This document shows, in pieces, positions 9,484 to 18,398 of a DNA stretch of 43,107 bases (the stretch's first letter is position 1; every line of letters begins with the position of its first letter). Under the pieces are notes generated by a model. It had not been told where the DNA came from and did not search any database. It saw nothing but the letters and a program-made list of their open reading frames with translations. The translations under genes and the position numbers were made by a program. This stretch comes from Acidimicrobiia bacterium (lineage in GTDB: Bacteria; Actinomycetota; Acidimicrobiia; Spongiisociales; JAHEDJ01). The stretch is taken from positions 62,001 to 105,107 of the forward strand of contig JARGFH010000007.1 of NCBI GenBank assembly GCA_029210695.1, in the 5' to 3' direction.

Positions 9484-11414
9484 GGCAGCGCCAGTTCCTC
9501 GATGTTGTCGATGAATCGGTAGCGCATCAGCGCTTCGACGATGCCTGCGCGCATCTCGAACCGCAGACGGAGACCATCCGGTTGGAGTCTGCATTGGGAC
9601 GTGTGCTGGCCGGTGACGTTGTGGCCGCGGTCGACGTCACCGCCTTCGACAGGAGCAATGTGGACGGCTACGCGGTGCGGGCGCAGGACACGTTCGGGGC
9701 CGAGGAACTTCAACCGATCACGATGGCCGTCTCAGAAGTCGCCCTCGCAGCCGGCCAGGCGCCTCCTCCCGGGTTCGAGGTCGAGCCCGGCGTGGCGGTG
9801 GCTCTTGCCACCGGCGGGGTGGTTCCGCGCGGGGCAGATGCCGTGCTGATGGTGGAGTACACCGAACCCGACGGGGAGCGAATCCGCGTCGTCCGGCCGG
9901 CGGTCCCGGGCGGGAACATCACGTTTGCAGGATCCGATATCGGTCGCGGAGAGACGGTGATGCGGCGAGGCACCCGGCTCAGTTCACGCGAGACCGGAGT
10001 GCTGGCGGCGGTTGGAGCCGACCGGCTGGACGTGGTCGCCAGGCCCCGGGTAGCGGTGGTGTCCACCGGTGATGAGATCGTTGAGCCGGGACTCATGCTC
10101 GGTGTCGGCCAGGTGTACGACTCGAACCAGCGCATGTTGCTCGACGCCGTCATCGAACTCGGATGTGAGCCGGTGCCGTGCGGGATCATCCCGGACGACG
10201 AAGCCCTCCTCGAGCGGGCTGTCGAGGGCTTGCTGTCGGGGCCGGAGGCCGTGGACGTGGTGTTGTTGTCCGGTGGAACCTCGAAAGGCGAGGGCGACCT
10301 CAACGCCACGGTCGTCGAACGGTTGGCGCTGAGCATGCCCGATTCGGCCGGGATCGTCGTGCACGGGGTCGCTCTCAAACCGGGCAAGCCCGTTCTGCTC
10401 GCCGTTGTGGGCCGAGTGCCGGTAGTCGTTCTGCCGGGCTTTCCAACCTCGGCGATTTTCACCTTTCACGAATTCGTAGCTCCGTTGCTGCGCCGCCTGT
10501 CGGGCCTTCCCCCTCACGATCGATCTCTGGTGCAGGCGATGGTTCCGTTGCGGATCACCTCTGCGTCGGGGCGAACGGAGTACAACCTGGTCGATCTGGT
10601 GCAGGGACCGGTAGGCCTGGCTGCCTATCCGCTCGGTGCAGGATCGGGCAGTGTGACGGCTTTCGGACGCGCCGACGGCTTTATCCGGATTCCCGCCGCC
10701 ATCGAGTATGTCGACGAGGGGGCCGTGGTCGATGTTCATCTCCTGCATCCGGAGGTACGTCCCGCCGACCTCGCCGCCATCGGGAGCCACTGCGTCGGTT
10801 TCGACTATCTGCTCGGGGTGCTGGCCGGGCGTGGGTATCGCGTGAAGATGGTGCCGGTCGGGTCGACGGGTGGGCTCACGGCCGTGGGCCGGGGGGAGGC
10901 CGATGTGGCCGGAATCCATCTCATGGATCCAGCGACCGGTGAGTACAACCGTCCGTTTCTGCCGCCGGGGGTGCGGCTCATGTCCGGCTACCGGCGCCGG
11001 CAGGGAATCGTGTTCCGGTCGGGTGATACGACGCTGGCGGACCTCGATGCGGAGGCCCTGGCGGCTGAACTGGGCGAGGGTCCGTTTCGAATGGTCAATC
11101 GCAACCCTGGAAGCGGGACACGGGTGCTCATCGATCAACTGCTCGGCGGGCGGCAACCTGAGGGTTACCTGCATCAGGCCAGCACCCACCACTCCGTGGC
11201 AGCCGCCGTCGAGCAGGGGAGGGCGGATTGGGGCGTGACTCTCGACACCGTGGCGGGAAGGGCCGGTCTGGAGTTCCGGTTCCTCCAGGACGAGCAGTTT
11301 GACTTTGCGGTGCCGGAATCGCGGTGGGATAGGCCCGCCATCGTGGCACTTCGGGAGTTGCTCGACGCCCCGACGATCATCGCGGAGTTGCAGGGGCTCG
11401 GCTTCCACCGCTAG
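9480..11414 (+). CDS. moeA: MoeA fused to a C-terminal PBP/LysR-substrate-binding domain
   Basis: DRSNVDGYAV, STGDE, SGGTSKG, KPGKP, LPGFPTS. C-terminal GSHC, GSTGGL, NRNPGSGTR PBP domain. ATGA overlap with the upstream gene. Confidence 0.9.
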   Translation: MRQRQFLDVVDESVAHQRFDDACAHLEPQTETIRLESALGRVLAGDVVAAVDVTAFDRSNVDGYAVRAQDTFGAEELQPITMAVSEVALAAGQAPPPGFEVEPGVAVALATGGVVPRGADAVLMVEYTEPDGERIRVVRPAVPGGNITFAGSDIGRGETVMRRGTRLSSRETGVLAAVGADRLDVVARPRVAVVSTGDEIVEPGLMLGVGQVYDSNQRMLLDAVIELGCEPVPCGIIPDDEALLERAVEGLLSGPEAVDVVLLSGGTSKGEGDLNATVVERLALSMPDSAGIVVHGVALKPGKPVLLAVVGRVPVVVLPGFPTSAIFTFHEFVAPLLRRLSGLPPHDRSLVQAMVPLRITSASGRTEYNLVDLVQGPVGLAAYPLGAGSGSVTAFGRADGFIRIPAAIEYVDEGAVVDVHLLHPEVRPADLAAIGSHCVGFDYLLGVLAGRGYRVKMVPVGSTGGLTAVGRGEADVAGIHLMDPATGEYNRPFLPPGVRLMSGYRRRQGIVFRSGDTTLADLDAEALAAELGEGPFRMVNRNPGSGTRVLIDQLLGGRQPEGYLHQASTHHSVAAAVEQGRADWGVTLDTVAGRAGLEFRFLQDEQFDFAVPESRWDRPAIVALRELLDAPTIIAELQGLGFHR

Positions 11415-11418
11415 ACGG

Positions 11419-11448
11419 CCGACCGTGCCGGTTGTCGATGTCGGTCGG
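11419..11448. terminator. Hairpin between convergent moeA-PBP and second aor
   Basis: CCGACCG...CGGTCGG inverted repeat in the 74-bp gap. Confidence 0.4.
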
Positions 11449-11454
11449 ACCCGG

Positions 11455-11481
11455 CAGAACCTACAACCCAGAACCTACAAC
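11455..11481. repeat. Short tandem direct repeat, 2 x CAGAACCTACAAC
   Basis: Exact 13-mer at 11455 and 11469 (14-bp period). Confidence 0.75.
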
Positions 11482-11488
11482 TGGCTTC

Positions 11489-13303
11489 CTACATGAAGCC
11501 GGCTGCTACCGCCCGCTGATCCAGAGTCTCTATCACCCGACCTCGCAACTCATCGAAGAACTCTTCGGTGTTGAACTGCGGCACAGTCGAGTGTTCGATT
11601 GGTAGGTGGGCGTCGGCAGGCATCAAGTAGTCGTCTTCTGTGAATCCGTGTTTCCGCTCGGAGGCGTAGCCGCGCAGGAATGTTCGGTCGACGGCCGCCA
11701 GCAGGTCGTCGGCCTCTACGCCGAGGCCGGTGATCAACCGAATCGCCTCCGCTTCCAGATCGGGGCCGATCATGGAGAACTTACAGAGCCCGGTGATGTC
11801 ATCGAGGATGAACCTGGGCCCCCGATTGACGGTGGCATCGATCCAGTACTCGAGGCCGGTTTCTCGCTCGACGATCGCCAGAAGGTATGTGCGCATCGAC
11901 ATGTGACCTCCGGCCAGCGCCCATGGATAGGAGGGATTGGTGTGTGGCAGATAGGCGGGGTACTCGACGCCTTTCGATTGCATGGCGAATCCTGTGGCAC
12001 CCTGGTGGATGGACAACCGCATGGAGCCTTGCCCTAACTCCGGGAACAGGCCGGTTCCGACCGCCTCGATGGCTGTCCTGGTGGCGGCCGCGTCGCCGTA
12101 GCTGAGCCCGCCGGCGATGGGGGAGTCGGGATGGCGCAGATTCCACTCCATCGCGTATCCGATGGTTCCTCCGAGCGAGATCGAATCCATGCCCAGTTCG
12201 TCGGAGAGATCGATCAAGGTCAAGGCGGCGTCGGCGTCATAGATGCCCAGGTTCGAGGTGAGTAGGGCAAGGGGCTCGTAGTCGACCTTGGCCCGGAATC
12301 TCCCGGCCTCTCCATCCGTACGGTCGTAGACGTTCTTGTGGCATTTGATGCCACAGAGGTAGCAGGCCTCCGCTTTGACGATATAGGGGCCTGCTTCGAA
12401 GGCTGGCCGGGTGAGAAGCTGACCATCTTCGTTACCCGGAGGGGCGAAGTTGAACTCGGGGAGACCGCCGGCCGGATGGAGCATCCCGACCATGCGCCAG
12501 GTACCGACGTCGCGATACCCCTTGCTCCCGTCTCCGAGGTTGATCTCCCGGTTGATGTCTTTGAGACCCCGGCTCGAAGCCTTCGGATTTGGGCCGTCGG
12601 CGGCGATCGCCAGAAGGTTTTTCGAACCCATCACGCCGCCGTATCCGCCCCTTCCGCAGAATCGGGGCTTGGCGTCCCCCGACTTCAACTGGTTGTCGGT
12701 CGACAGCGCAATCGACGCATACCGGACCGACTCGTAGTTCTCTCCGGCCGGACCGATCACGGCGAAATGCGCCTCCGGATAGCGGTTGTGGAGTTCCTGG
12801 ATCTTGTCGTTGACCGTGCGTCCGATGAGGTCATCGGCGGCCAGGAAGGTGAACTCTGCCGGGCCGCCGGGTCCTTCGGGATCGTCGGCAGGGGTCAGGC
12901 GGAGGAGGGTCGCTTGCTCGCACCGGCCGGTGAAGATGACTTCTTCGATGCCGAGGCCACGTAGTTTGGTGCCGAAGTGCCCCGATCCTGCCGACCACAT
13001 GAGACCCGGCGCACCGGCCAGCGAGGTCTTGAGCGGGGAGTAGCCGTGGAAAAAGGTCCGCAGACCCGTCATCGCCCGTGTCCCGCTCAGCAGGCCCAGG
13101 TTCATGACCAGCGGTGCGTCAGGTGCGTAGGGATCGGTGATTTCGAGATCGCCCAGCAGTTTGGTGGCGCGGGCGATTCCACCGAGGGCGTCCTCGAGAT
13201 CTTGGCAGGGGAAGGATTCGAATCTGACGGTCCGGTTCGTGAGGTCCACGTGGTAGCGATTCACGGTGAAGTCCGTAGCCGGTCGCAATGCGGTCACTTC
13301 CAC
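11489..13303 (-). CDS. Divergent aldehyde:ferredoxin oxidoreductase family protein
   Basis: YSPLKTS, IGPAGEN, GRGGYGGVMGSKNLLAI, CYLCGIKC plus GLCKF, DELGMDSIS. GTG at 13303 with GGAGG RBS 7 nt upstream. Confidence 0.85.
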   Translation of the reverse strand: MEVTALRPATDFTVNRYHVDLTNRTVRFESFPCQDLEDALGGIARATKLLGDLEITDPYAPDAPLVMNLGLLSGTRAMTGLRTFFHGYSPLKTSLAGAPGLMWSAGSGHFGTKLRGLGIEEVIFTGRCEQATLLRLTPADDPEGPGGPAEFTFLAADDLIGRTVNDKIQELHNRYPEAHFAVIGPAGENYESVRYASIALSTDNQLKSGDAKPRFCGRGGYGGVMGSKNLLAIAADGPNPKASSRGLKDINREINLGDGSKGYRDVGTWRMVGMLHPAGGLPEFNFAPPGNEDGQLLTRPAFEAGPYIVKAEACYLCGIKCHKNVYDRTDGEAGRFRAKVDYEPLALLTSNLGIYDADAALTLIDLSDELGMDSISLGGTIGYAMEWNLRHPDSPIAGGLSYGDAAATRTAIEAVGTGLFPELGQGSMRLSIHQGATGFAMQSKGVEYPAYLPHTNPSYPWALAGGHMSMRTYLLAIVERETGLEYWIDATVNRGPRFILDDITGLCKFSMIGPDLEAEAIRLITGLGVEADDLLAAVDRTFLRGYASERKHGFTEDDYLMPADAHLPIEHSTVPQFNTEEFFDELRGRVIETLDQRAVAAGFM

Positions 13304-13331
13304 GGTGAAACCTCCTCGAGATCCGTCGGCG

Positions 13332-14672
13332 TTATCCAAGCGCCTGCCCGGCGATGAACTCGTCGAGTACACCGGTCAGAGTCGGTTCGCCGATCTCCTG
13401 TAGATCGTAGAACACGCGCGTATTCGGCTTCTGGATATCGACGATGCGGGCAAGGTCGATGGGCGTTCCGATCACGACGGCGTCGCAATCCGTGGCGTTG
13501 ATCGTGGCTTCGAGATCGCGAAGCTGTTCCTCGCCGTATCCCATTGCGGGCAGGATGGTCCCGATTTCGGGGTACGTGGCGAAAGTGTCTTTGAGCTTGC
13601 CGACCAGGTAGGGGCGGGGATCGACGAATTCGATGGCACCGTATTTGGTGGCGGCGACGACGGCTGCGCCGATCTTCATGCCCCCGTGGGTGAGGGTTGG
13701 ACCGTCTTCGATCGCCAGGACGCGCTTGCCGGCAACTACCGAGGGGTCCTCCAACCGCATCGTCGAGGCTGCGTCGATGACCTTGGCGGACGGGTTCACC
13801 TTGGCGATGTTGGCCCGGACCGTTTCGATTCCGGCCAGGTCGGCGGAGTCGATCTTGTTGATGATCACGACATCGGCCGTGCGCAAGCTGACCTCGCCGG
13901 GGTAGTATCGCAACTCATGTCCCGGCCGATGCGGGTCGACGATGGTGATCGCCAGGTCGGCCTCGTAGAACGAGAAATCGTTGTTGCCACCATCCCAGAC
14001 GATCACATCGCATCCATTGGGGTCGTCTTCTGCCGCTCGGAGGATCGCCTCGTAGTCGACTCCGGCGTAGATGACGTTGCCTCGCACGATATGTGGCTCG
14101 TACTCCTCCATCTCTTCGATGGTGCAGTCGTGCTTTTCGAGGTCGGCGATCTCGGCGAAGCGCTGGACTCTCTGGGCGGTGAGATCGCCGTACGGCATCG
14201 GGTGGCGGACGGCAACGACCTTGAGGCCCCTGGCCATGAGCGTCTCGACGACCTTGCGCGAGGTCTGGGACTTGCCGGATCCGGTCCGCACCGCGCACAC
14301 AGAGATCACCGGCTTGGTGCTCTTCACCTGGGTGTCGCGCGGTCCCAGCAGAGTGAACGATGCCCCGGCGGCCTGTACGACTGCCGAGACGCCCATCACG
14401 TGCTGGTATGAAACGTCGCTGTAGGAGAAAGCACACTCGTCGACTTCGAGGTCCCGGATCAACGCGGGGAGTTGGTCTTCAGCGTAGATCGGGATTCCGT
14501 TCGGGTAGAGCGGCCCGGCCAGCTCAGGCGGATAGGTTCGGCCTTCGATGCCGGGGATCTGTTCGGCCGTGAAGGCGACCACTTCGACTGATTCGTCGTC
14601 GCGGTAGTGGGTGTTGAAGTTGTGGAAGTCGCGCCCCGCGGCGCCGATGATGATCACCTTGCGTTTGGCCAT
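13332..14672 (-). CDS. COG2403 P-loop enzyme resembling arginine synthetase ArcE (often annotated cyclic 2,3-diphosphoglycerate synthase/GTPase)
   Basis: GAAGRDFHNFN, AVRTGSGKSQTSR (P-loop), RHPMPYGDL, TIEEMEEYEP, WDGGNND, EDGPTLTHGGM, LPAMGYG; AGGAG RBS. The ArcE relationship is from my recall of the family, not an alignment. Confidence 0.82.
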   Translation of the reverse strand: MAKRKVIIIGAAGRDFHNFNTHYRDDESVEVVAFTAEQIPGIEGRTYPPELAGPLYPNGIPIYAEDQLPALIRDLEVDECAFSYSDVSYQHVMGVSAVVQAAGASFTLLGPRDTQVKSTKPVISVCAVRTGSGKSQTSRKVVETLMARGLKVVAVRHPMPYGDLTAQRVQRFAEIADLEKHDCTIEEMEEYEPHIVRGNVIYAGVDYEAILRAAEDDPNGCDVIVWDGGNNDFSFYEADLAITIVDPHRPGHELRYYPGEVSLRTADVVIINKIDSADLAGIETVRANIAKVNPSAKVIDAASTMRLEDPSVVAGKRVLAIEDGPTLTHGGMKIGAAVVAATKYGAIEFVDPRPYLVGKLKDTFATYPEIGTILPAMGYGEEQLRDLEATINATDCDAVVIGTPIDLARIVDIQKPNTRVFYDLQEIGEPTLTGVLDEFIAGQALG

Positions 14673-14701
14673 CTGGTTCTCCTGCCTCTCGTGCGTGTGC
14701 G

Positions 14702-15835
14702 CTAGTAACCCGGAATCTGGCGGGGGAAGTAGTCCTGGAGTGTGCCTTCCCGATACACATCGGCCGTTGCGCAATGGAGGCCTCCACCGAACGGTCCGAC
14801 CGCCCAGAACGGCACCTCGATCACCTCGAAGCCGAGTTCGTAGAACTGCTGCTGCTGGGCCTTCTCCGATTCCTCAACGAAGATGGTGTGCTCATCGAGG
14901 AGCAGCGTGTTCATAGACAGCCAGACGCTGCAGAAACACAGTGGAGGTTTCTCCGGCAGGGCGGGTTCGGCGCACGGAACGATCTCCCAATCGTTCATGG
15001 CGAACAGCTTCTTCATCTCTTCGGTTAGGGGCACACGTTGCCGGTTGCTGAGGGCCAGGCCCGGCCGGAGCGGTATGAACGTGGCATCGATGTGCATCGG
15101 GTGCGCCTCCCAGAAGAGCACCTCGTGGAGTCGGTGCTCCGGAAAATGCCGCCGGAGCCAATCGATACCGGCCCCGTTGGTGGCCGTTGACCGCTGTACG
15201 AACAGATCCCTGCCGAACCGTCCGACGTCGGCGGCATCGAAAAGCGGCTCTTCTTCGGTGAGGTTCCACTGCTTGTTCTTTGTGAAGCGTTCGATCTGTT
15301 CCGCGTCCGGGAGGGACTCGGCGTACTCCCAGAACTCCATGCCGTCCACGTAGGAAGCATCCGTAAGGCGCGGTTTCGGGGCGGCTTCCCACCGGAAGTC
15401 CGGATCCTCCCGGAAGTACTTCTGGAGGAGTGGACGGTAGGCGAGGTACTCGAACCAGCGAGAGCGCTGCGACATCGTGGCTTCGAGGATCTCGTTGCCG
15501 ACCGTCAAGAGGATGTCGCGGGGTGGCATCACGCCGAACATGGAGTCCTGGGTCCAGTCGGGCGTGGTGACTGCCTGAGAGAAGTCGAGAACTTCCGGTC
15601 GGTCGACCGCTACACCATGCTTCTCCAGGAGAGCAACGAAGTTGTCCAGTTGCGCGTTGGCGGCGTCCTCCATCTCCTGCGGAAGCCGGCCGTAGGTGCC
15701 CTTCGGAAAACCCCACTTCGGCCAGTCACGGACTGTGGCAGGTTCGGGCGCCTGCACCATGGTGCCATCGGCGCGGCCGACGATGACCCGCTTGAGCGGG
15801 TCCCACTCGGTCCACGAGTTCACGATCTTTGCCAC
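14702..15835 (-). CDS. Amidinotransferase (glycine/inosamine-phosphate amidinotransferase family), copy 1
   Basis: VNSWTEWDPLKRVIVG, PRDILLTVGNEILEA, and the Asp-His-Cys triad in FDAAD, MHID, GGGLHC. GTG start with GAGGAGG RBS. Confidence 0.9.
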   Translation of the reverse strand: MAKIVNSWTEWDPLKRVIVGRADGTMVQAPEPATVRDWPKWGFPKGTYGRLPQEMEDAANAQLDNFVALLEKHGVAVDRPEVLDFSQAVTTPDWTQDSMFGVMPPRDILLTVGNEILEATMSQRSRWFEYLAYRPLLQKYFREDPDFRWEAAPKPRLTDASYVDGMEFWEYAESLPDAEQIERFTKNKQWNLTEEEPLFDAADVGRFGRDLFVQRSTATNGAGIDWLRRHFPEHRLHEVLFWEAHPMHIDATFIPLRPGLALSNRQRVPLTEEMKKLFAMNDWEIVPCAEPALPEKPPLCFCSVWLSMNTLLLDEHTIFVEESEKAQQQQFYELGFEVIEVPFWAVGPFGGGLHCATADVYREGTLQDYFPRQIPGY

Positions 15836-15896
15836 CGCGCCTCCTCGTTCGAGTTCCTCCGGCTCCGGCGTTGCCGGGCCCGGCTGCATGCGATAG

Positions 15897-15920
15897 ACTA
15901 CCTATCAATCGATAGGTAGT
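15897..15920. promoter_or_regulatory. Palindromic operator, site 1 (CCTATC-N4-GATAGG)
   Basis: ACTACCTATC-aatc-GATAGGTAGT, perfect 10-bp arms, between divergent amidinotransferase and transaminase genes. Confidence 0.85.
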
Positions 15921-15942
15921 GCCAATCAGGAGGCCGCGGCCC

Positions 15943-17157
15943 ATGCCCAGCTCGTTCTTGCATCCGTTCACGCCACCTCGAAAGACGGAGTTCATCTCGA
16001 TCACCGGTGGTAAGGGCGCCGTCGTTTTTGATGACCAGGGAAACGAGTACATCGACGGAATGGGCTCGTTGTGGTACGCCAACGTTGGCTACGGCCGGGA
16101 AGAAATCGCCGAGGCGATCGCCGACCAGGCGAAGAAGCTAGGCGCCTATCACACCTTCGACCCGTTCACGAACCCGCAAACCGAGGAACTCGCCGCCAAG
16201 GTCGTCGAGCTGTCGCCGTTCGACAACGCTCGGGTATTCCTGGGTTCGTCTGGATCCGAGGCCGTCGACACGGCCATGAAACTCGCCCGCATCGCCCAGC
16301 GCGAGTCGGGCCATCCTCAGAAGCAGATCATCGTGAGCCGTGAGCGCGGGTACCACGGCACCAACTACGGCGGAACCTCGGTGCAGGGCATTGCTCCCAA
16401 CCGCGAAGGGTTTGGGCCGCTGGTGCCGGGCATCATCAACGTGGTCGCCGACGACGATGAAGCGATGAAGAAGATCTTTGCCGAGCACGGTGACGAAATC
16501 GCGGCGGTGATCACCGAGCCGATCCAGGGAGCGGGCGGGGTGTGGCCACCCCCCGAGGGCTATCTGTCGCATCTGCGCGATCTCTGCGACACCTACGGGG
16601 CCTTTCTCATCCATGATGAAGTCATCACCGGATTCGGGCGCACCGGGAAGTGGTTCGGCAGCCAGTTCTACGGGGTAACACCCGACATGATCACGTTCGC
16701 CAAAGGTGTGACCTCGGGCTACGTGCCGCTGTCAGGGGTGATCGTCGGCCCTGCCGTTCTGGCCGGGCTCGAAGCAAACGACGGCTTCATCCTACGGACG
16801 GGCTACACATATTCTGGGCACCCGCTGGGTTGTGTCGCCGCGCTGAAGTGCATCGAGATTCAAGAGCGGGAAGGCCTGTTGGCCAGGGCGACCGAGATCG
16901 GGAAGCGCCTGTCCGCCGGGCTCAACACCTTGCGCGATGAAGGGTTGCTGAGCGATGTGCGCGGCGAGGGAGCCGTTTGGGGAATCTCCGTACCGGACGG
17001 CGTCAACGTCGTGGCGGTGCGTGACGCTCTTCTGAAGAAGGGCGTGATCATCCGCCCGATTCCACCGAACCATCTCACGATGTGCCCGCCGCTCGTCATC
17101 ACCGACGACCAGATCGACACGATCGTCTCTTCCCTGCGGAGTGTGTTGAAGGGGTAG
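15943..17157 (+). CDS. Class III PLP aminotransferase (omega-amine/polyamine:pyruvate type)
   Basis: YIDGMGSLW, SGSEAVDTAMK, YHG, EPIQGAGG, DEVITGFGRTG, FAKGVTSGY, GYTYSGHP; AGGAGG RBS. Confidence 0.92.
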   Translation: MPSSFLHPFTPPRKTEFISITGGKGAVVFDDQGNEYIDGMGSLWYANVGYGREEIAEAIADQAKKLGAYHTFDPFTNPQTEELAAKVVELSPFDNARVFLGSSGSEAVDTAMKLARIAQRESGHPQKQIIVSRERGYHGTNYGGTSVQGIAPNREGFGPLVPGIINVVADDDEAMKKIFAEHGDEIAAVITEPIQGAGGVWPPPEGYLSHLRDLCDTYGAFLIHDEVITGFGRTGKWFGSQFYGVTPDMITFAKGVTSGYVPLSGVIVGPAVLAGLEANDGFILRTGYTYSGHPLGCVAALKCIEIQEREGLLARATEIGKRLSAGLNTLRDEGLLSDVRGEGAVWGISVPDGVNVVAVRDALLKKGVIIRPIPPNHLTMCPPLVITDDQIDTIVSSLRSVLKG

Positions 17158-17224
17158 GAGATCGTTCATGACGACACGGCAACCGGAATTGTGAGTTAGC
17201 CCACCGCAACGGAGGTACAGCGAG

Positions 17225-18346
17225 ATGCTTGTTGGGGCGCCGAAAGAGATCAAGAAGGCAGAACGACGCGTCGGCCTGACGCCGTCGAGTGTGAGAGAAC
17301 TGGTGGCTCACGGTCACGAGGTTCTGGTCGAGACGGCTGCCGGAGCCGGTATCGGCGCTTCGGACGAGGACTACGTATCGGCCGGTGCTCGCATCGCCGC
17401 GACTGCGGTGGAGGTGTGGGATCAGGCGGAGATGATCGTCAAGGTCAAGGAACCGCAGGCAGTCGAGCGGGCCCAGCTCAGCGAAGATCAGGTGCTGTTC
17501 ACCTACCTCCATCTCGCTCCCGATCCCGACCAAACGAGAGACCTCGTCGACGGAGGTGCAACCTGCATAGCCTACGAGACGGTGACCGATCGCAATGGCG
17601 GCCTGCCGCTGCTTGCTCCGATGTCTCAGGTCGCAGGTCGTATGTCGATTCAGGCAGGCGCCCACTGCCTCGAGGCTCCCAGTGGTGGGGCAGGGCTCCT
17701 GCTGGGTGGCGTACCGGGTGTCCACTCGGCGAAGGTAGTGGTGATCGGTGGGGGTGTCGTCGGCGAGCATGCGATCGAGATGGCAGTCGGCCTCGGCGCG
17801 TTTGTCACCGTGCTGGATCGCGACATTGGCGTTCTGGATCGTCTCGCCAGGCGCTTCGGCACTCTGCTGGAGACCGTTTACTCGACCGCGTCGGCCCTCG
17901 AGGAACTGGTGCTCGACGCCGACCTCGTCATCGGGGCCGTCCTGGTCAAGGGTGATCGAGCCCCTCGCCTCGTGACGGCCGAAATGGTCAAGGCGATGCG
18001 CCCGGGTTCCGTCCTGGTGGATGTGGCGATCGATCAGGGCGGCTGTTTTGAGACCTCACGCCCGACCACACATGAGGAGCCAACGTACATCGTCGACGGC
18101 GTTGTGCATTACTGCGTAGCCAACATGCCTGGCGCCGTGCCACGTACGTCCACCTACGCGCTCAACAACGCCACGCTTCCATTCGCACTGGCGCTGGCCG
18201 ACAAGGGCGCCAAACAGGCGATGCTCGATGATGTTCACCTCCTGGGCGGCCTCAACGTGTGCAGAGGACAAGTAACGGAAGAGCACGTCGCCAGAGAACT
18301 CGGTTATGAGTACGTGGAAGCGGCGGAGGCACTGAGGGCCTGCTGA
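17225..18346 (+). CDS. ald: Alanine dehydrogenase
   Basis: [54 protein letters not shown]. Confidence 0.95.
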   Translation: MLVGAPKEIKKAERRVGLTPSSVRELVAHGHEVLVETAAGAGIGASDEDYVSAGARIAATAVEVWDQAEMIVKVKEPQAVERAQLSEDQVLFTYLHLAPDPDQTRDLVDGGATCIAYETVTDRNGGLPLLAPMSQVAGRMSIQAGAHCLEAPSGGAGLLLGGVPGVHSAKVVVIGGGVVGEHAIEMAVGLGAFVTVLDRDIGVLDRLARRFGTLLETVYSTASALEELVLDADLVIGAVLVKGDRAPRLVTAEMVKAMRPGSVLVDVAIDQGGCFETSRPTTHEEPTYIVDGVVHYCVANMPGAVPRTSTYALNNATLPFALALADKGAKQAMLDDVHLLGGLNVCRGQVTEEHVARELGYEYVEAAEALRAC

Positions 18347-18398
18347 TGCACGGTCATCAATTCTCTCACCGGTCATGGCTCGTGCGACGGTGGCCGCG

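Noticed and set aside
11455..11481. CRISPR-like or mobile-element repeat
   Set aside because: Only two adjacent 13-bp copies with no spacers, cas genes or transposase.
13332..14672. Literal annotation as cyclic 2,3-diphosphoglycerate synthase
   Set aside because: No 2-phosphoglycerate kinase nearby; the GAAGRDFHNFN N-terminus and the guanidino-metabolism context fit the ArcE-like subgroup better.
15836..15895. Possible guanidine riboswitch in the amidinotransferase leader
   Set aside because: A GC hairpin is present, but I see no twin ACGR loops or other guanidine-I/III consensus. An Infernal/Rfam scan would settle it.
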